From Candidatus Diapherotrites archaeon CG08_land_8_20_14_0_20_30_16 (GTDB taxonomy: Archaea; Iainarchaeota; Iainarchaeia; Iainarchaeales; 0-14-0-20-30-16), in assembly GCA_002779075.1 (NCBI GenBank), contig PEXK01000050.1, positions 65,784 through 97,783 of the forward strand: 32,000 nt of DNA. The letters run 5' to 3'. A program made the position numbers and the translations under genes. Shown one piece after another: positions 21,830 through 31,878 of the stretch (positions are counted from its first letter, which is position 1; each line of letters begins with the position of its first letter). A model generated the notes under the pieces. That model ran no database searches, was not told the DNA's origin, and was given only the letters and a program-made list of their open reading frames with translations.

Positions 21830-22023
21830 GCATAATCTGCTTTCTTCAAGTTTCTTGCTTTTTTGCCACGAGATTCATCGGGATCAGGGTCAAAAGATAC
21901 TTTGTCGCCAACATGAACACCAGCAACTTGCCTTGTATTTACTGAATATTGAGAGCCATCCTCGCCTTCAACTAAAATATATTTTTTTCCAAGATTTCTT
22001 ACTTTAACTATTCCTTCAGTCAT
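21826..22023 (-). CDS. Small hypothetical protein (65 aa), possibly a small beta-barrel (CSD/OB-like) with an acidic/basic tail
   Basis: MTEGIVKVRNLGKKYILVEGEDGSQYSVNTRQVAGVHVGDKVSFDPD... has a loose cold-shock-like layout but no RNP motifs. There is a 4-nt convergent overlap with the upstream gene. Confidence 0.4.
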   Translation of the reverse strand: MTEGIVKVRNLGKKYILVEGEDGSQYSVNTRQVAGVHVGDKVSFDPDPDESRGKKARNLKKADYA

Positions 22024-22124
22024 ATCTACACACTAGACAGTATCATTTTATATATCAGAAATATTACAAAAACTATAGAAATAAAACAAAAGGGTTAATA
22101 AACTTATCCAAATATCAAATCAAT

Positions 22125-22634
22125 ATGCTAGAACCAAGCTATCAAGGAATAATATACTTTGAAAACGATCCCAAAAAAAGATTAACAGGTAGAAAATTGG
22201 AAGCTGTGCTAAATTTGTTGCATACTGCATTTGAAGGTAGTAGAACAAGAGAAGAAATAATGCTTTGGATTAAAGGATCAAAAACAGGCACAAAAGATTT
22301 TCCTTATCCTATTACCAATTGTGAAGTTCTGATTATTGAAGATGTTGCAAACTCAAAAATTGCAGGCGCAATTATTACTGCAGATTATAGAGACGTAAGG
22401 TATATTCCATTATTAGCAACAAATCCAGAATATCAAAGAAGAGGAATTGCAAAAGTTATGGTAGAAGCAATAAAAGGGCTGCAAAGAGAAGGCGTTGAAA
22501 TAAGAGTACACCATAGAGGCCATTTAAGAAAGTTCTACAAAAGCCTGGGTTTTAATGTTGAAAATACAGGTATAAAATACTCAAGAGGGAAACCAGAATC
22601 AATACATAGAGCAAGATGGATAAAACCAAAATAA
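22125..22634 (+). CDS. GNAT-family N-acetyltransferase
   Basis: 169 aa. The acetyl-CoA motif A is LATNPEYQRRGIAKVMVEAI (Q/RxxGxG/A), followed by ...FYKSLGF. Confidence 0.72.
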   Translation: MLEPSYQGIIYFENDPKKRLTGRKLEAVLNLLHTAFEGSRTREEIMLWIKGSKTGTKDFPYPITNCEVLIIEDVANSKIAGAIITADYRDVRYIPLLATNPEYQRRGIAKVMVEAIKGLQREGVEIRVHHRGHLRKFYKSLGFNVENTGIKYSRGKPESIHRARWIKPK

Positions 22635-22684
22635 TTGCTTAATGTTACACCCTAGCAACATATAAAATTTCCCTATCTAGTGTA

Positions 22685-23890
22685 CTAATCAATCAAATGA
22701 TCTTCTTTAACGCTGGAAAAAAGTGTAAATATAATTGCCAAAAAGCCTAATATAATTAACATAGGATACACCCAATTTTCAGAGAATATTCCAATTAAAG
22801 AAGTAATAAAACTCAAAAAGAAATTTTCAATCATCGAAATACTTGAAAGCAAAGTTGCACGCTTGTGCGATGGTATATGTTTGTTCATGTAATTAATCAA
22901 CAAAGGCCTACGGCTAAAACCAAAAGCACAGCCAATTATCAAAGCAATAATTAATATTGGCAAAGATTTGAAAAATGCCAACAAGAAAAACATAACTGCA
23001 ACTATAATTCCTGAAATTGTTAAAAACGCTCTTTTTGATTTGAAAATAGATTCAAAAATGTCAAATGAATTCATTAATATAATAGATAATACAACCCATC
23101 CAGCATAAACAAAACCTAGATATGAAATACTTAAATTATACTTTGACAAAATATCCAAATACAACCAAATCATAGGATAAACCAAAATGTAAAGGAAAAT
23201 CAAATCAAAAGCCAAGGCCAACAGAATCTTATTTGCTTTAAACAATCTAAATTCGTATTTGAAATTGTGGAAATAATAACGCCAACCTATTGGCTCTTCA
23301 ACTTTTGCTTCTTTCAAACTTATTGCAATTAAAAACGCAAAAACATATGGTATTGTCATTACCATCATAATCATTCTTGGTCCTAAAGAGTCAGCAAGTA
23401 TTCCACCCAAAGGAGTAGCAATTAAAATGCCAAAATATGCAAAACTTTCCATTTTTGAAAACACTTTTACAGAGCGATGAGTATCTCCAATCTGTTTCAA
23501 AGAATCGTAAGCCAAAGCATCATCAGTACCAGAAAATAAAACAAATGAAACAGCCCACAAGAACTCAGCAACCAAAAAAATATAAAAATTAGGATACAAA
23601 GAATAAACAAAAATAGCAACACAATTCAAAATTGTTGCTAAAATCAAAGTCTTTTTTCTGCCAAAAGAATCTGCAACAATTCCTGATGGAATCTCTAATA
23701 AAAAAATCCACAACATATACCAGGCTTGTGCAAACATCATATATTTGAAAGACAAACCTGCAAAGTCTTGATAAAAAGCCAAAAAAACTGGGCCAATCAA
23801 ATAGAGATTAATAAAAAATCTAAACAAATAGAGTTTCCAGAAATTTGCATATAACTTTACTTTATCTCTTGACAAATACGGCAAATGCAT
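22685..23890 (-). CDS. MFS transporter
   Basis: About 12 hydrophobic segments. The MFS motif A is GIVADSFGRKKTLILA. I prefer ATG 23890 (MHLPYLSRDK...) to the TTG at 23932 used by the track. Confidence 0.78.
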   Translation of the reverse strand: MHLPYLSRDKVKLYANFWKLYLFRFFINLYLIGPVFLAFYQDFAGLSFKYMMFAQAWYMLWIFLLEIPSGIVADSFGRKKTLILATILNCVAIFVYSLYPNFYIFLVAEFLWAVSFVLFSGTDDALAYDSLKQIGDTHRSVKVFSKMESFAYFGILIATPLGGILADSLGPRMIMMVMTIPYVFAFLIAISLKEAKVEEPIGWRYYFHNFKYEFRLFKANKILLALAFDLIFLYILVYPMIWLYLDILSKYNLSISYLGFVYAGWVVLSIILMNSFDIFESIFKSKRAFLTISGIIVAVMFFLLAFFKSLPILIIALIIGCAFGFSRRPLLINYMNKHIPSHKRATLLSSISMIENFFLSFITSLIGIFSENWVYPMLIILGFLAIIFTLFSSVKEDHLID

Positions 23891-23952
23891 AACAGATATA
23901 TGATAAGAAGATTTATATTTAATTCTAATCAATTAAATGATGTTCTTCAATA

Positions 23953-25749
23953 TCACATCTTGCTTACAAATTCAGAGAATTTCTTATTATCATATTTCAA
24001 AAGATTATAATCCGTAGGAAACAAGGATTTATATTTTGTCCAGCCAAAACGCTTGTCTAAAAGCAAAACAAAGGCCTTGTCAGTCTCTGATCTTATACCT
24101 CTACCACAAGCTTGAACAACTTTCGCAACAGTAGGGTATAAATAAGCATAATTCCAACCAACTTTATCTTGGGAATCATAAAATTTAATTAACGCTTCAA
24201 TTTCATAATCAGGTTCAGGAAATGGAAACCCAACCATAATAATTCCAATTAAATCATCCCCTGGATAATCTACGCCCTCAGAAAAAGATCCACCAACAAC
24301 AGCAAATAAAACAGAACCAAATCCAACTTTATTTTTCTTAAAATTGTCAATCAAACGTTTGGTTTCATTAGCAGTCATATTTTTTCCTTGAACAAAGATT
24401 TTCTTTATTGTATTTTCGGACATTCTCAAATAAATACTTTCTAAAACATCATAACTTGGAAAAAAAACCGCAATATTGCCAGATACTTTATTTATTTTTT
24501 CTTTAATCAAATCCGCAATCAGAGGCAAACTCTCTGCTCTTTCCTCATATTTTGTTGTTACATTGTCAAAATACATTGTTAATTTGTTTTCTTTAGGAAA
24601 TGGACTCCCATATTGCCTAATATACGGGTTTGGTATTCCTAAAATATCGCTATACATCTGCATAGGACTGAATGTTGCAGACATTAATATGTTTCCAGAA
24701 CTTTGCTGAAAAATAAGCCGTGACAAAAAACTAGGATCTAAGCCTTTAATATATATTGTATCTTTTGTTTTGAATTTTGTTTTCACTTGTTTATCTGTTT
24801 GCCAAGACAAAATAAAATTTGCTATTCTGTGCAAGTTTGAGTTTTTCTTTTCATTCTCCAATATAAAACCGTCGGCACTCAATAAAGCAGTTAACACTTG
24901 TTCATCATAGAATAATTTGTCAAAATAATCATCGCTCAAAAAACCGTCCTTCTGCTTGACAAAAAGATATTCAAGAGTTTCAAGAAAATCCGTTAAATCA
25001 AATTCCTCTTTGGGACATTTTTCATATTCTTTGCGTGCAAAATTGATTTGCTTCAAACTTAAACTGTCAGATAAAATAGACCGTAACCTGTGTGGAAGAT
25101 TATGTGCTTCATCAAAAACAAATACGCAATCATCCAAAGATATTCCTATAATACCAAACAAAGCACTACGAATTTTATTAACAAAAATATGGTTTGCATC
25201 ACAAACAATTACTTGTGCACTTTTTGCTAAAAGCAGACTAACAACATATGGGCACAAATCAAAATCTAGACACATTTCTCTTAATTCTGAACTGTGCATT
25301 GCTGATTTATACTCTTTCAAAAACAAATCTATTGATTTATTTTTCTGTGTGGATTTGCCAGTTGCATTTAAATGCGGAAAGCAGGCTTGCTTTTTTATTT
25401 TTTTTTCACACAAATCATAAAATTCAGAACCTAAACCAGATAAAAAAGGATCAATACAGAAATTACTTTTTGCAACTAAATCAACTACCCTCATATCGAT
25501 ATTGTATTTTTTATTGATATCTATTATTGCTTCAATAACTATTTTGTGTTGAGTATTCTTTGTTGTGACGAAAAATAGTTTCTTTTTGTTTTCTATACAA
25601 AAATCCAAAACGCTTGCTAATGCAGCATCTGTTTTTCCTAATCCGGTAGGTGCTTCAAACAAACCAGTTAATTTGTTTTTCAAAACGAAATTCATATCTT
25701 CAATTAAAGTGTCCTGATTTGGACGCATTTTTTCGTGTCTAAAAAACAT
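23953..25749 (-). CDS. xpd: XPD/Rad3-family (DinG-like) Fe-S DNA helicase
   Basis: 598 aa. Walker A is FEAPTGLGKT and the DEAH box is VFDEAHNL. Cysteines in the expected Fe-S insert are NFC..., DLCEKKIKKQAC... and DLCPY. The C-terminal motif is ACGRGIRSETD. Confidence 0.85.
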   Translation of the reverse strand: MFFRHEKMRPNQDTLIEDMNFVLKNKLTGLFEAPTGLGKTDAALASVLDFCIENKKKLFFVTTKNTQHKIVIEAIIDINKKYNIDMRVVDLVAKSNFCIDPFLSGLGSEFYDLCEKKIKKQACFPHLNATGKSTQKNKSIDLFLKEYKSAMHSSELREMCLDFDLCPYVVSLLLAKSAQVIVCDANHIFVNKIRSALFGIIGISLDDCVFVFDEAHNLPHRLRSILSDSLSLKQINFARKEYEKCPKEEFDLTDFLETLEYLFVKQKDGFLSDDYFDKLFYDEQVLTALLSADGFILENEKKNSNLHRIANFILSWQTDKQVKTKFKTKDTIYIKGLDPSFLSRLIFQQSSGNILMSATFSPMQMYSDILGIPNPYIRQYGSPFPKENKLTMYFDNVTTKYEERAESLPLIADLIKEKINKVSGNIAVFFPSYDVLESIYLRMSENTIKKIFVQGKNMTANETKRLIDNFKKNKVGFGSVLFAVVGGSFSEGVDYPGDDLIGIIMVGFPFPEPDYEIEALIKFYDSQDKVGWNYAYLYPTVAKVVQACGRGIRSETDKAFVLLLDKRFGWTKYKSLFPTDYNLLKYDNKKFSEFVSKM

Positions 25750-25753
25750 CCTC

Positions 25754-26653
25754 TCAACTCAAAATGATATTTGCTTCAATCAATGCACCAATTACCAAAC
25801 AAACAATTGCTACACCCAAAATAATAGACAAATCCAAAATGAGCCTCATAAAATTTCTTCTAACTTCAACATAGTGACCATGCAAAATAGCAGAAACAAT
25901 ACCCCCTACAACTGCAGCTAAAAAATAGGATAATAACTCAAAAACGCCGTGTGGTAACAAGCCTAAACCTGCAATATATCCTTGAACTATCGCCAAAACA
26001 TGTCCATAAGCACCTTGTCCAATATAATTTGGAACTTCAGACAAGATTTTTGTTCCAACAACTGTTCCAAAAACAGATGCCTGATAAACAATAATAAAGA
26101 GTGCACCAACACCATACAAAAAAGAAAACAAAAGAATTGCAAACATCACCCCCAAATTGTTTAAAAAGATATACAAAAACAAATCACTTGGAGACTCGAC
26201 ATACATGTTTCCTGTTATAAATAAAGAAGACCTCAAATTATCTACACCTTCTAGTGTTTTTACTTGTTCTTTGAAAACAACATCTCTATAATCTTGAGGC
26301 AAAAAGATATATAATGTTGTAAAGACGATAACTAAAACAACAAATATTTTTACATAAATTTCAATAACAAATAAATATCTGCGAAAAAAACTAGTTTCAT
26401 GAGACAAAACTTCTTTTTCTGTATGAAAATATACATTGTTCAAAAAGTACATGAAAGCAAAAGTAATAAATGCAATAGAAAGGATACTTGCACTCTCTTT
26501 AAAGAAAATTACTGAAACAGCAATAGAGATTACTGCAACTATTACAGTATACAATAAGAAAAGTAAATGACTATTTAAAAGCGCTTTTGTCTTAAAGATA
26601 CTTTCCAAAACCATAAATATATAAGCAAGAAGACTTATAAAACATTTGGCCAT
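25754..26653 (-). CDS. SpoIIM-like (DUF95) integral membrane protein
   Basis: 299 aa and polytopic. The segment IFLNNLGVMFAILLFSFLYGVGALFIIVYQASVFG... and the later LPHGVFELLSYFLAA match the stage II sporulation protein M family pattern. It ends 4 nt upstream of the xpd start. Confidence 0.6.
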   Translation of the reverse strand: MAKCFISLLAYIFMVLESIFKTKALLNSHLLFLLYTVIVAVISIAVSVIFFKESASILSIAFITFAFMYFLNNVYFHTEKEVLSHETSFFRRYLFVIEIYVKIFVVLVIVFTTLYIFLPQDYRDVVFKEQVKTLEGVDNLRSSLFITGNMYVESPSDLFLYIFLNNLGVMFAILLFSFLYGVGALFIIVYQASVFGTVVGTKILSEVPNYIGQGAYGHVLAIVQGYIAGLGLLPHGVFELLSYFLAAVVGGIVSAILHGHYVEVRRNFMRLILDLSIILGVAIVCLVIGALIEANIILS

Positions 26654-26697
26654 ATTATATATAAATACTAATTAAAGTGATATTAATGGTGGATACA

Positions 26698-27183
26698 ATG
26701 CAAAAAACTTTGGTATTATTAAAGCCGGACGCAATACAAAGAGGGGTGTGTGGCGAGATATTACACAGATTAGAAAGAGCAGGACTAAACATAGTTGGAA
26801 TGAAAATGGTATGGATAACAAAAGAGTTTGGCGAAAAACATTATTTTGATGTCAAAGAAAGGCACGGAGAAAAAGTTTTAGATATTTTAACAGAATCTTT
26901 ATCCGAAGGCCCTTTAATAGCAATGGTTATTGAAGGTATTGAAGCAATTGCAACAGTTCGAAAACTGGCTGGTACAACATATCCTTTTGAAGCAGCACCA
27001 GGAACAATAAGAGGGGATTTTGCACACATATCAAAAACACATGCAAGAGAAAAAGACAAAGCAGTATGTAATTTAATACATGCTTCTGCAAGTGAAAAAG
27101 ATGCAGAATATGAACTTAAACTTTGGTTTGAGCCAAAAGAATTACATAGTTATACTAAATTGGATGATAAATACACATTTTAA
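26698..27183 (+). CDS. ndk: Nucleoside diphosphate kinase
   Basis: MQKTLVLLKPDAIQRG..., ...GTIRGDF... and NLIHASAS (active-site His). Start chosen at ATG 26698; the track uses GTG 26677. Confidence 0.9.
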   Translation: MQKTLVLLKPDAIQRGVCGEILHRLERAGLNIVGMKMVWITKEFGEKHYFDVKERHGEKVLDILTESLSEGPLIAMVIEGIEAIATVRKLAGTTYPFEAAPGTIRGDFAHISKTHAREKDKAVCNLIHASASEKDAEYELKLWFEPKELHSYTKLDDKYTF

Positions 27184-27200
27184 ATAAAAAGTGAAATAAT

Positions 27201-28538
27201 ATGCTATTTGCTTACGGTATAGATAAGTTAAAATCAAAATTAAAAGATTGTGACTTTTACAGAATTATGTTAGAAGAAACTAATTCTGAAAGCGTTGTTG
27301 CAAAAGAAGGAAAAGTTGATGCAATATCAACTAATGAGAGTTTTGGTTTAGGAATATTCTACACTTTGGGGCGGTTTGGTTATTTTTATTCAACAAATAA
27401 TCCAAATGATTTGGATAATTTCAAAATTGACCTCGCCTTAAAGAAATACTCAAATTTGGATTATATTCCCAAAGAATCAGGAATAAAGGACAAGAAAATA
27501 ATTGGCGAAAAATCAAATCTTGATTTAGAAACTATTGCAAAAGAACTATCTAAAACAAGCAAACTGAGAAATCAAATAGTAACTCATGAAATCAAATATA
27601 ATAATATAGAGCAAGAACGACAAATAATTTGTGAAAACACAGACATCATCCAAAAACAATATTTTGGAATAGGCTTTAATTCCATTGTTGCCAAAGAAGG
27701 CAATATACTCAGAAAAGATGTAAACAGAATTGCAAAAAGTACAGCATTAAACAAATATTTTGATGAATTCATATTCAAAAATGATGGATTTGAAAATAAA
27801 ACAATTGAAAAATTAAAATTCAATGAAGGAATAAAAGGCAAGTTTAATATTATATTAGATCCTAGTATTTCTAGTTTATTAGCACATGAAGCAATTGGTC
27901 ACGCCTGTGAATCTGATCTAGTGTATAACAAACAATCTATTTTAAGAAACAAAATTGGAAAAACATTTGCTAAAGAATTTGTAAATCTGATTGATGACCC
28001 CACACCAAAAGATGATTTGTTTGGTTCTTATTATTATGATGCTGAAGGATTTCCTGCAAAAATAAGACATTTAATTAAAGAAGGAAAATTAAATGAATAT
28101 ATTGCCAATACTAGATTTTCACAATTATTAAAAATTGAAAATAATGGAGGATCAAGAACAGAAAGTTATCGCAGCTTGCCAATTCCAAGAATGTCTAATA
28201 CTAGTTTTTTACCAGGACAAAAAAACTTTTTAGAACTTATTGATGAATTAAAAAATGGTATTATATTAAATGGTTTTGCTGGCGGAGAAACAGACCCAAC
28301 AACAGGAACATATCAATTTGGAGTAAAAGAAGGGCTGATAGTAAAAAATGGACAAATAAATGAAACAAGAGTAAATATATCTTTTTCTGGACAAATATTG
28401 AAGTCATTAAAGAATATTGTGGACATTTCTAAAGATATAAAAATGGAAAGCCCTGGTTTTTGTGGCAAGGAAGGGCAAACTGTTTTTTGTGACAGTTTTG
28501 ATCCTTATTTATTAATAAAAAATGTGAGGATTGATTAA
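27201..28538 (+). CDS. tldD: TldD-family metalloprotease
   Basis: 445 aa. The HExxxH motif is LAHEAIGHACESD. The conserved C-terminal segment is PGFCGKEGQTV. Confidence 0.78.
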   Translation: MLFAYGIDKLKSKLKDCDFYRIMLEETNSESVVAKEGKVDAISTNESFGLGIFYTLGRFGYFYSTNNPNDLDNFKIDLALKKYSNLDYIPKESGIKDKKIIGEKSNLDLETIAKELSKTSKLRNQIVTHEIKYNNIEQERQIICENTDIIQKQYFGIGFNSIVAKEGNILRKDVNRIAKSTALNKYFDEFIFKNDGFENKTIEKLKFNEGIKGKFNIILDPSISSLLAHEAIGHACESDLVYNKQSILRNKIGKTFAKEFVNLIDDPTPKDDLFGSYYYDAEGFPAKIRHLIKEGKLNEYIANTRFSQLLKIENNGGSRTESYRSLPIPRMSNTSFLPGQKNFLELIDELKNGIILNGFAGGETDPTTGTYQFGVKEGLIVKNGQINETRVNISFSGQILKSLKNIVDISKDIKMESPGFCGKEGQTVFCDSFDPYLLIKNVRID

Positions 28539-28539
28539 A

Positions 28540-29772
28540 ATGTTAAGTCCTACAAAAACAATAAGATTTATTGAAGATTCCTGCAAAGCAACACAATTAG
28601 AAATAAGTAATAAAAAACTAAAAAGAATTTTAGAAAATGATGAATCAACAATAAGAATTGATTCTATTTTTAACAACAAAAGAGTAATAAAAAAGATGGA
28701 TTCTATAAATATTGGACGGCTTCAACAAATCATAGAAGAAATGAAACAGTTATCAAATATAAAAAAACAAGAATTCTTTTTAGAATTCCCAAAAGTAGAA
28801 ATAAATATCATAGAAACTATAAAAGATAAAAAATTGGAGCTAATCACAATAAAGGAAATTATTGACATGGGAATTGCAATAAATAAAGAAATATTGCTAG
28901 ACAAAACAGTGAAAAGTATACAATCATTTTGGGAAATTAACAATAGCAAAACCAAATATATAGCAGAAAATTTTGATTATTCCGAAAAAAACACAAATAT
29001 TGGTTTTGGAATTGACTTAAGTATTAAAGACAAAACTCCAAGTAGTGTTTTTATTTCTAAAATCTTTTTTAAAAAAGAGGATATCAATATAGGGGCAATA
29101 TTAGAAGAAATAAAAGAAGAAATGGATATTTGTAAAGATCCAATTGAATTTAAAGGCAATGCAAAAGAATATAATTTATTCTTCTCGCCTTACGCTTTGC
29201 GACAAATAGTAAATTATTTTGTTGTACAACAATCTAGTTTAGAATCGTTTGAAAAGAAGGATTCCTATTTAATGCACACTGAATTTGACACCAAAATAAA
29301 TATTTGTGAAGATCCTTTTGTTGATTATTCCCCATATTCTGAGATAATGGATTTGGATTTCATAGCTACAAAGAAAAAACACATAATAAAAAATGGAAAA
29401 GTCTTAGAATACATTACAAATGAACAAGACGCTTTCAAATACAAAAAAGAGCCAAGTGGAAATAACCTCCCGGGGGGTGTAACAAATTTGTTTTTTGAAT
29501 CTGGTCAAAAATCAAAAGAAGAATTGCTTTACACAGGAAAAATATTGTTTATTAATAACTTAATAGGAATACATACCACAAACTCTAAAGAAGGATCATT
29601 AAACCTGTCAGCATCAGGCGCAGAGTTCGAAAATGGCAAAAGGATTAATGCATTAAAAAATATCAAACTGAATGAGAAAATACAAGACTTATGGAAAAAG
29701 GTGGAGATAAGCAAAGAAACTAAATGGGTTGGCAATTATAATCTTCCATATTTGTTATGCTTGAGGAATTGA
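28540..29772 (+). CDS. pmbA: PmbA/TldE-family protein (the TldD partner, without HExxxH)
   Basis: About 410 aa, starting at the ATG one nt after the tldD stop. It has the same overall family layout with a Gly-rich C-terminal half (GNNLPGGVTNLFF..., ...GIHTTNSKEGSLNLSASG) but no metal-binding motif. Confidence 0.65.
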   Translation: MLSPTKTIRFIEDSCKATQLEISNKKLKRILENDESTIRIDSIFNNKRVIKKMDSINIGRLQQIIEEMKQLSNIKKQEFFLEFPKVEINIIETIKDKKLELITIKEIIDMGIAINKEILLDKTVKSIQSFWEINNSKTKYIAENFDYSEKNTNIGFGIDLSIKDKTPSSVFISKIFFKKEDINIGAILEEIKEEMDICKDPIEFKGNAKEYNLFFSPYALRQIVNYFVVQQSSLESFEKKDSYLMHTEFDTKINICEDPFVDYSPYSEIMDLDFIATKKKHIIKNGKVLEYITNEQDAFKYKKEPSGNNLPGGVTNLFFESGQKSKEELLYTGKILFINNLIGIHTTNSKEGSLNLSASGAEFENGKRINALKNIKLNEKIQDLWKKVEISKETKWVGNYNLPYLLCLRN

Positions 29773-29773
29773 T

Positions 29774-30202
29774 ATGCTACCGTGGGAACATTTTCTTTTG
29801 GGATTATTTCCTATGATTCATTTGTGGCAAGCATATACTCCTGTTTTTGGCATGACTTTTTTATTGAGTTCTGTGCTTATTGATTTTGATCATTATCTTT
29901 TGATATTATATGCTACTAAATTCAGGGTTTGGGATCCGAGAAAAGCATACAATTATTTCAAATCAAGGAACGGAAAATTGCACTTGCACATAGATGCCCT
30001 ATTTATATTTCACACTATTGAATTCTTGGTTGTCTTACTTTTAATATATTGGTTTACCAAATGGACATTTGTTTTGGCTGTGGTTTTCGGTTGGATATAT
30101 CACCTATTCTTTGACATGTTAGAAGTCACTTACTTCAAAATCAGACACAATAGGAGACACAAATACAAACCTCTTTCTTTAATTTGGTATTTAGTAAAAT
30201 AG
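29774..30202 (+). CDS. Small His-rich integral membrane protein (possibly DUF457/YdjM-like metal-dependent hydrolase)
   Basis: 142 aa with about 4 TM helices and His/Asp at the helix ends (WEHFLLG, IDFDHYLL, FHTIEF, IYHLFFDM). The ATG lies 1 nt after the pmbA TGA. Confidence 0.35.
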   Translation: MLPWEHFLLGLFPMIHLWQAYTPVFGMTFLLSSVLIDFDHYLLILYATKFRVWDPRKAYNYFKSRNGKLHLHIDALFIFHTIEFLVVLLLIYWFTKWTFVLAVVFGWIYHLFFDMLEVTYFKIRHNRRHKYKPLSLIWYLVK

Positions 30203-30265
30203 ATAACACATTGAACTTTGTGTTCTTGGTACCTTTTTTATACTTTTTCATTGTTTATAGTTATT

Positions 30266-31312
30266 ATGGCAAAAGGAAAACCAGGGAAAAGAAAATTGCC
30301 AAGATATAACAAAAAGGAGCGACGTGAATTTGATAATCGCACCCAAAGGATTATAGATACTAGTAATAGTGGAGCACTGCGCCAGATTACAAACAGTATG
30401 CGCCAGGGAAATTATAATCATGCACTTCGTCTTTTACAGCCGATCTTAACAAGCCCAAATATTATCGCATATATTTTGGCACTAGAATGCTGTGCAAAAC
30501 TAAAAGATCTAGAAACAGCTGAAAAACTTTTTGAAAAAGGAAAAGGCAAAGGTTTAAAAGAAAAGGAACTTGCAAAAAAAATGTTATCTGTTTATTTCAA
30601 TACTTCCAATTATGATCTACTCTTAACTCTGTGGAACAGAATCTCGCAAGATCCTGATTTAGATCCTGGAATCTATGTTACAATGATACAATTCTTTGGC
30701 ACAGTTTCACAAATAAAAGAAGCAAAAGAAATGTATGAAAAAGCAATGTCTAAATTAAAATTAGAAGAGGACAGGGTAAGATGCCAGAGTGTGTATATTA
30801 AACATGTACTCGGCAATACACCAAATATATCTGATTTAATTGAATTTTTCAAAAAATTAAAAGGGGCCAAAAAATTAATGCCCTTAACTACAAAGAGCAT
30901 CCTAGATGTGTTATACAATAGAAGATACTATGATCTTGTTGAAACAGTATATTCTGACCTTCCAGAAGATACTAAAACTATAGAAGTAGAACCTGTTTTG
31001 TTAAAGATTTACGAATCTTCATCACACAGAATGGCATTGACTGGATTAGAAATAATTTATGCATTTGCATTAAAAGAAAGTGGCAGAATTGATGAGGCCA
31101 AAAGAAGATTTGAAATACTTTTGATGAATCTGCAACCAACAGATCTAAACTATCCGAGAGCACTTTTGGGTTATATATTCACAAAACCAAAATTAACACC
31201 AGAGGAAAGAGAAAAATATAAATCTCAATTAATCACATTGCTTAGAGAAAGTCATAATATCAGACTTAGAACCGATATAATAAAAGCACTAAGTACATTG
31301 AAAACCCTTTAG
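30266..31312 (+). CDS. Helical-repeat protein (~35-aa TPR/PPR-like repeats) with a basic N-terminus
   Basis: I place the start at ATG 30266 (MAKGKPGKRKLPRYNKKERREF...). It is followed by about 8 helix-turn-helix-like repeats, for example PNIIAYILALECCAKLKDLETAEKLFEKGKGKG and PGIYVTMIQFFGTVSQIKEAKEMYEKAMSKL. Confidence 0.5.
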   Translation: MAKGKPGKRKLPRYNKKERREFDNRTQRIIDTSNSGALRQITNSMRQGNYNHALRLLQPILTSPNIIAYILALECCAKLKDLETAEKLFEKGKGKGLKEKELAKKMLSVYFNTSNYDLLLTLWNRISQDPDLDPGIYVTMIQFFGTVSQIKEAKEMYEKAMSKLKLEEDRVRCQSVYIKHVLGNTPNISDLIEFFKKLKGAKKLMPLTTKSILDVLYNRRYYDLVETVYSDLPEDTKTIEVEPVLLKIYESSSHRMALTGLEIIYAFALKESGRIDEAKRRFEILLMNLQPTDLNYPRALLGYIFTKPKLTPEEREKYKSQLITLLRESHNIRLRTDIIKALSTLKTL

Positions 31313-31318
31313 TTAAAA

Positions 31319-31789
31319 CTATTTTTTCATCTTTACTGGTTTGGGTTCTTCCAAATATTTTGGCAACTCAGTTTTTTTCTGTGGTGGTGTTATAGTTGCG
31401 GGTTTATGTGCTAATAAACCATGCCAATTAGATCCTACATTATAAATAAAAATACTGAACAACATTACTATTATCCACCAAAGTACACTTACTAAAGGCC
31501 AAAATGAAACGCTTACATTGACATTTGCATCTGCAATATATCTGTCAGGAGACAATGCAATGCCTGTTGTTTGATAAAAATAATCTCTGCAAAGTGTTGC
31601 ATCTATATTATCTGATGCTTTTTCAAAGCAGGTTTTTATATTGCTTAAAACATCCCATTGATGAAACAGATTTGCAAATGAAACAATAAACCCTACCAAA
31701 CCAAAAAAGAACAAAAAAGTTCCAATCAATTTAATAACATTAAAATTATGCCTTCTATTAGAAATATAAGGTATTACATGCCAAGCCAT
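31319..31789 (-). CDS. Hypothetical membrane protein (2 TM helices, Pro/Lys-rich C-terminus)
   Basis: 156-aa ORF with two clear hydrophobic segments and no recognisable family. Confidence 0.45.
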   Translation of the reverse strand: MAWHVIPYISNRRHNFNVIKLIGTFLFFFGLVGFIVSFANLFHQWDVLSNIKTCFEKASDNIDATLCRDYFYQTTGIALSPDRYIADANVNVSVSFWPLVSVLWWIIVMLFSIFIYNVGSNWHGLLAHKPATITPPQKKTELPKYLEEPKPVKMKK

Positions 31790-31878
31790 AAAATATCACC
31801 TATCAAACCTAATGTTATATATAATATTTGCCAATATTTAAAGGTTTGTGTTAATATTCCCTTAACAACAAAAATACA

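Noticed and set aside
22685-22710. Similar sequence at two gene 3' ends (ctaatcaatcaaatgatcttcttt at 22685 and ctaatcaattaaatgatgttcttc at 23925), suggesting a duplicated gene end or shared terminator
   Set aside because: The match is about 16 nt with mismatches. My rough estimate for DNA this AT-rich is that dozens of such near-matches are expected by chance in 32 kb on two strands. The second copy is out of frame with xpd, and no further colinear similarity surrounds it.
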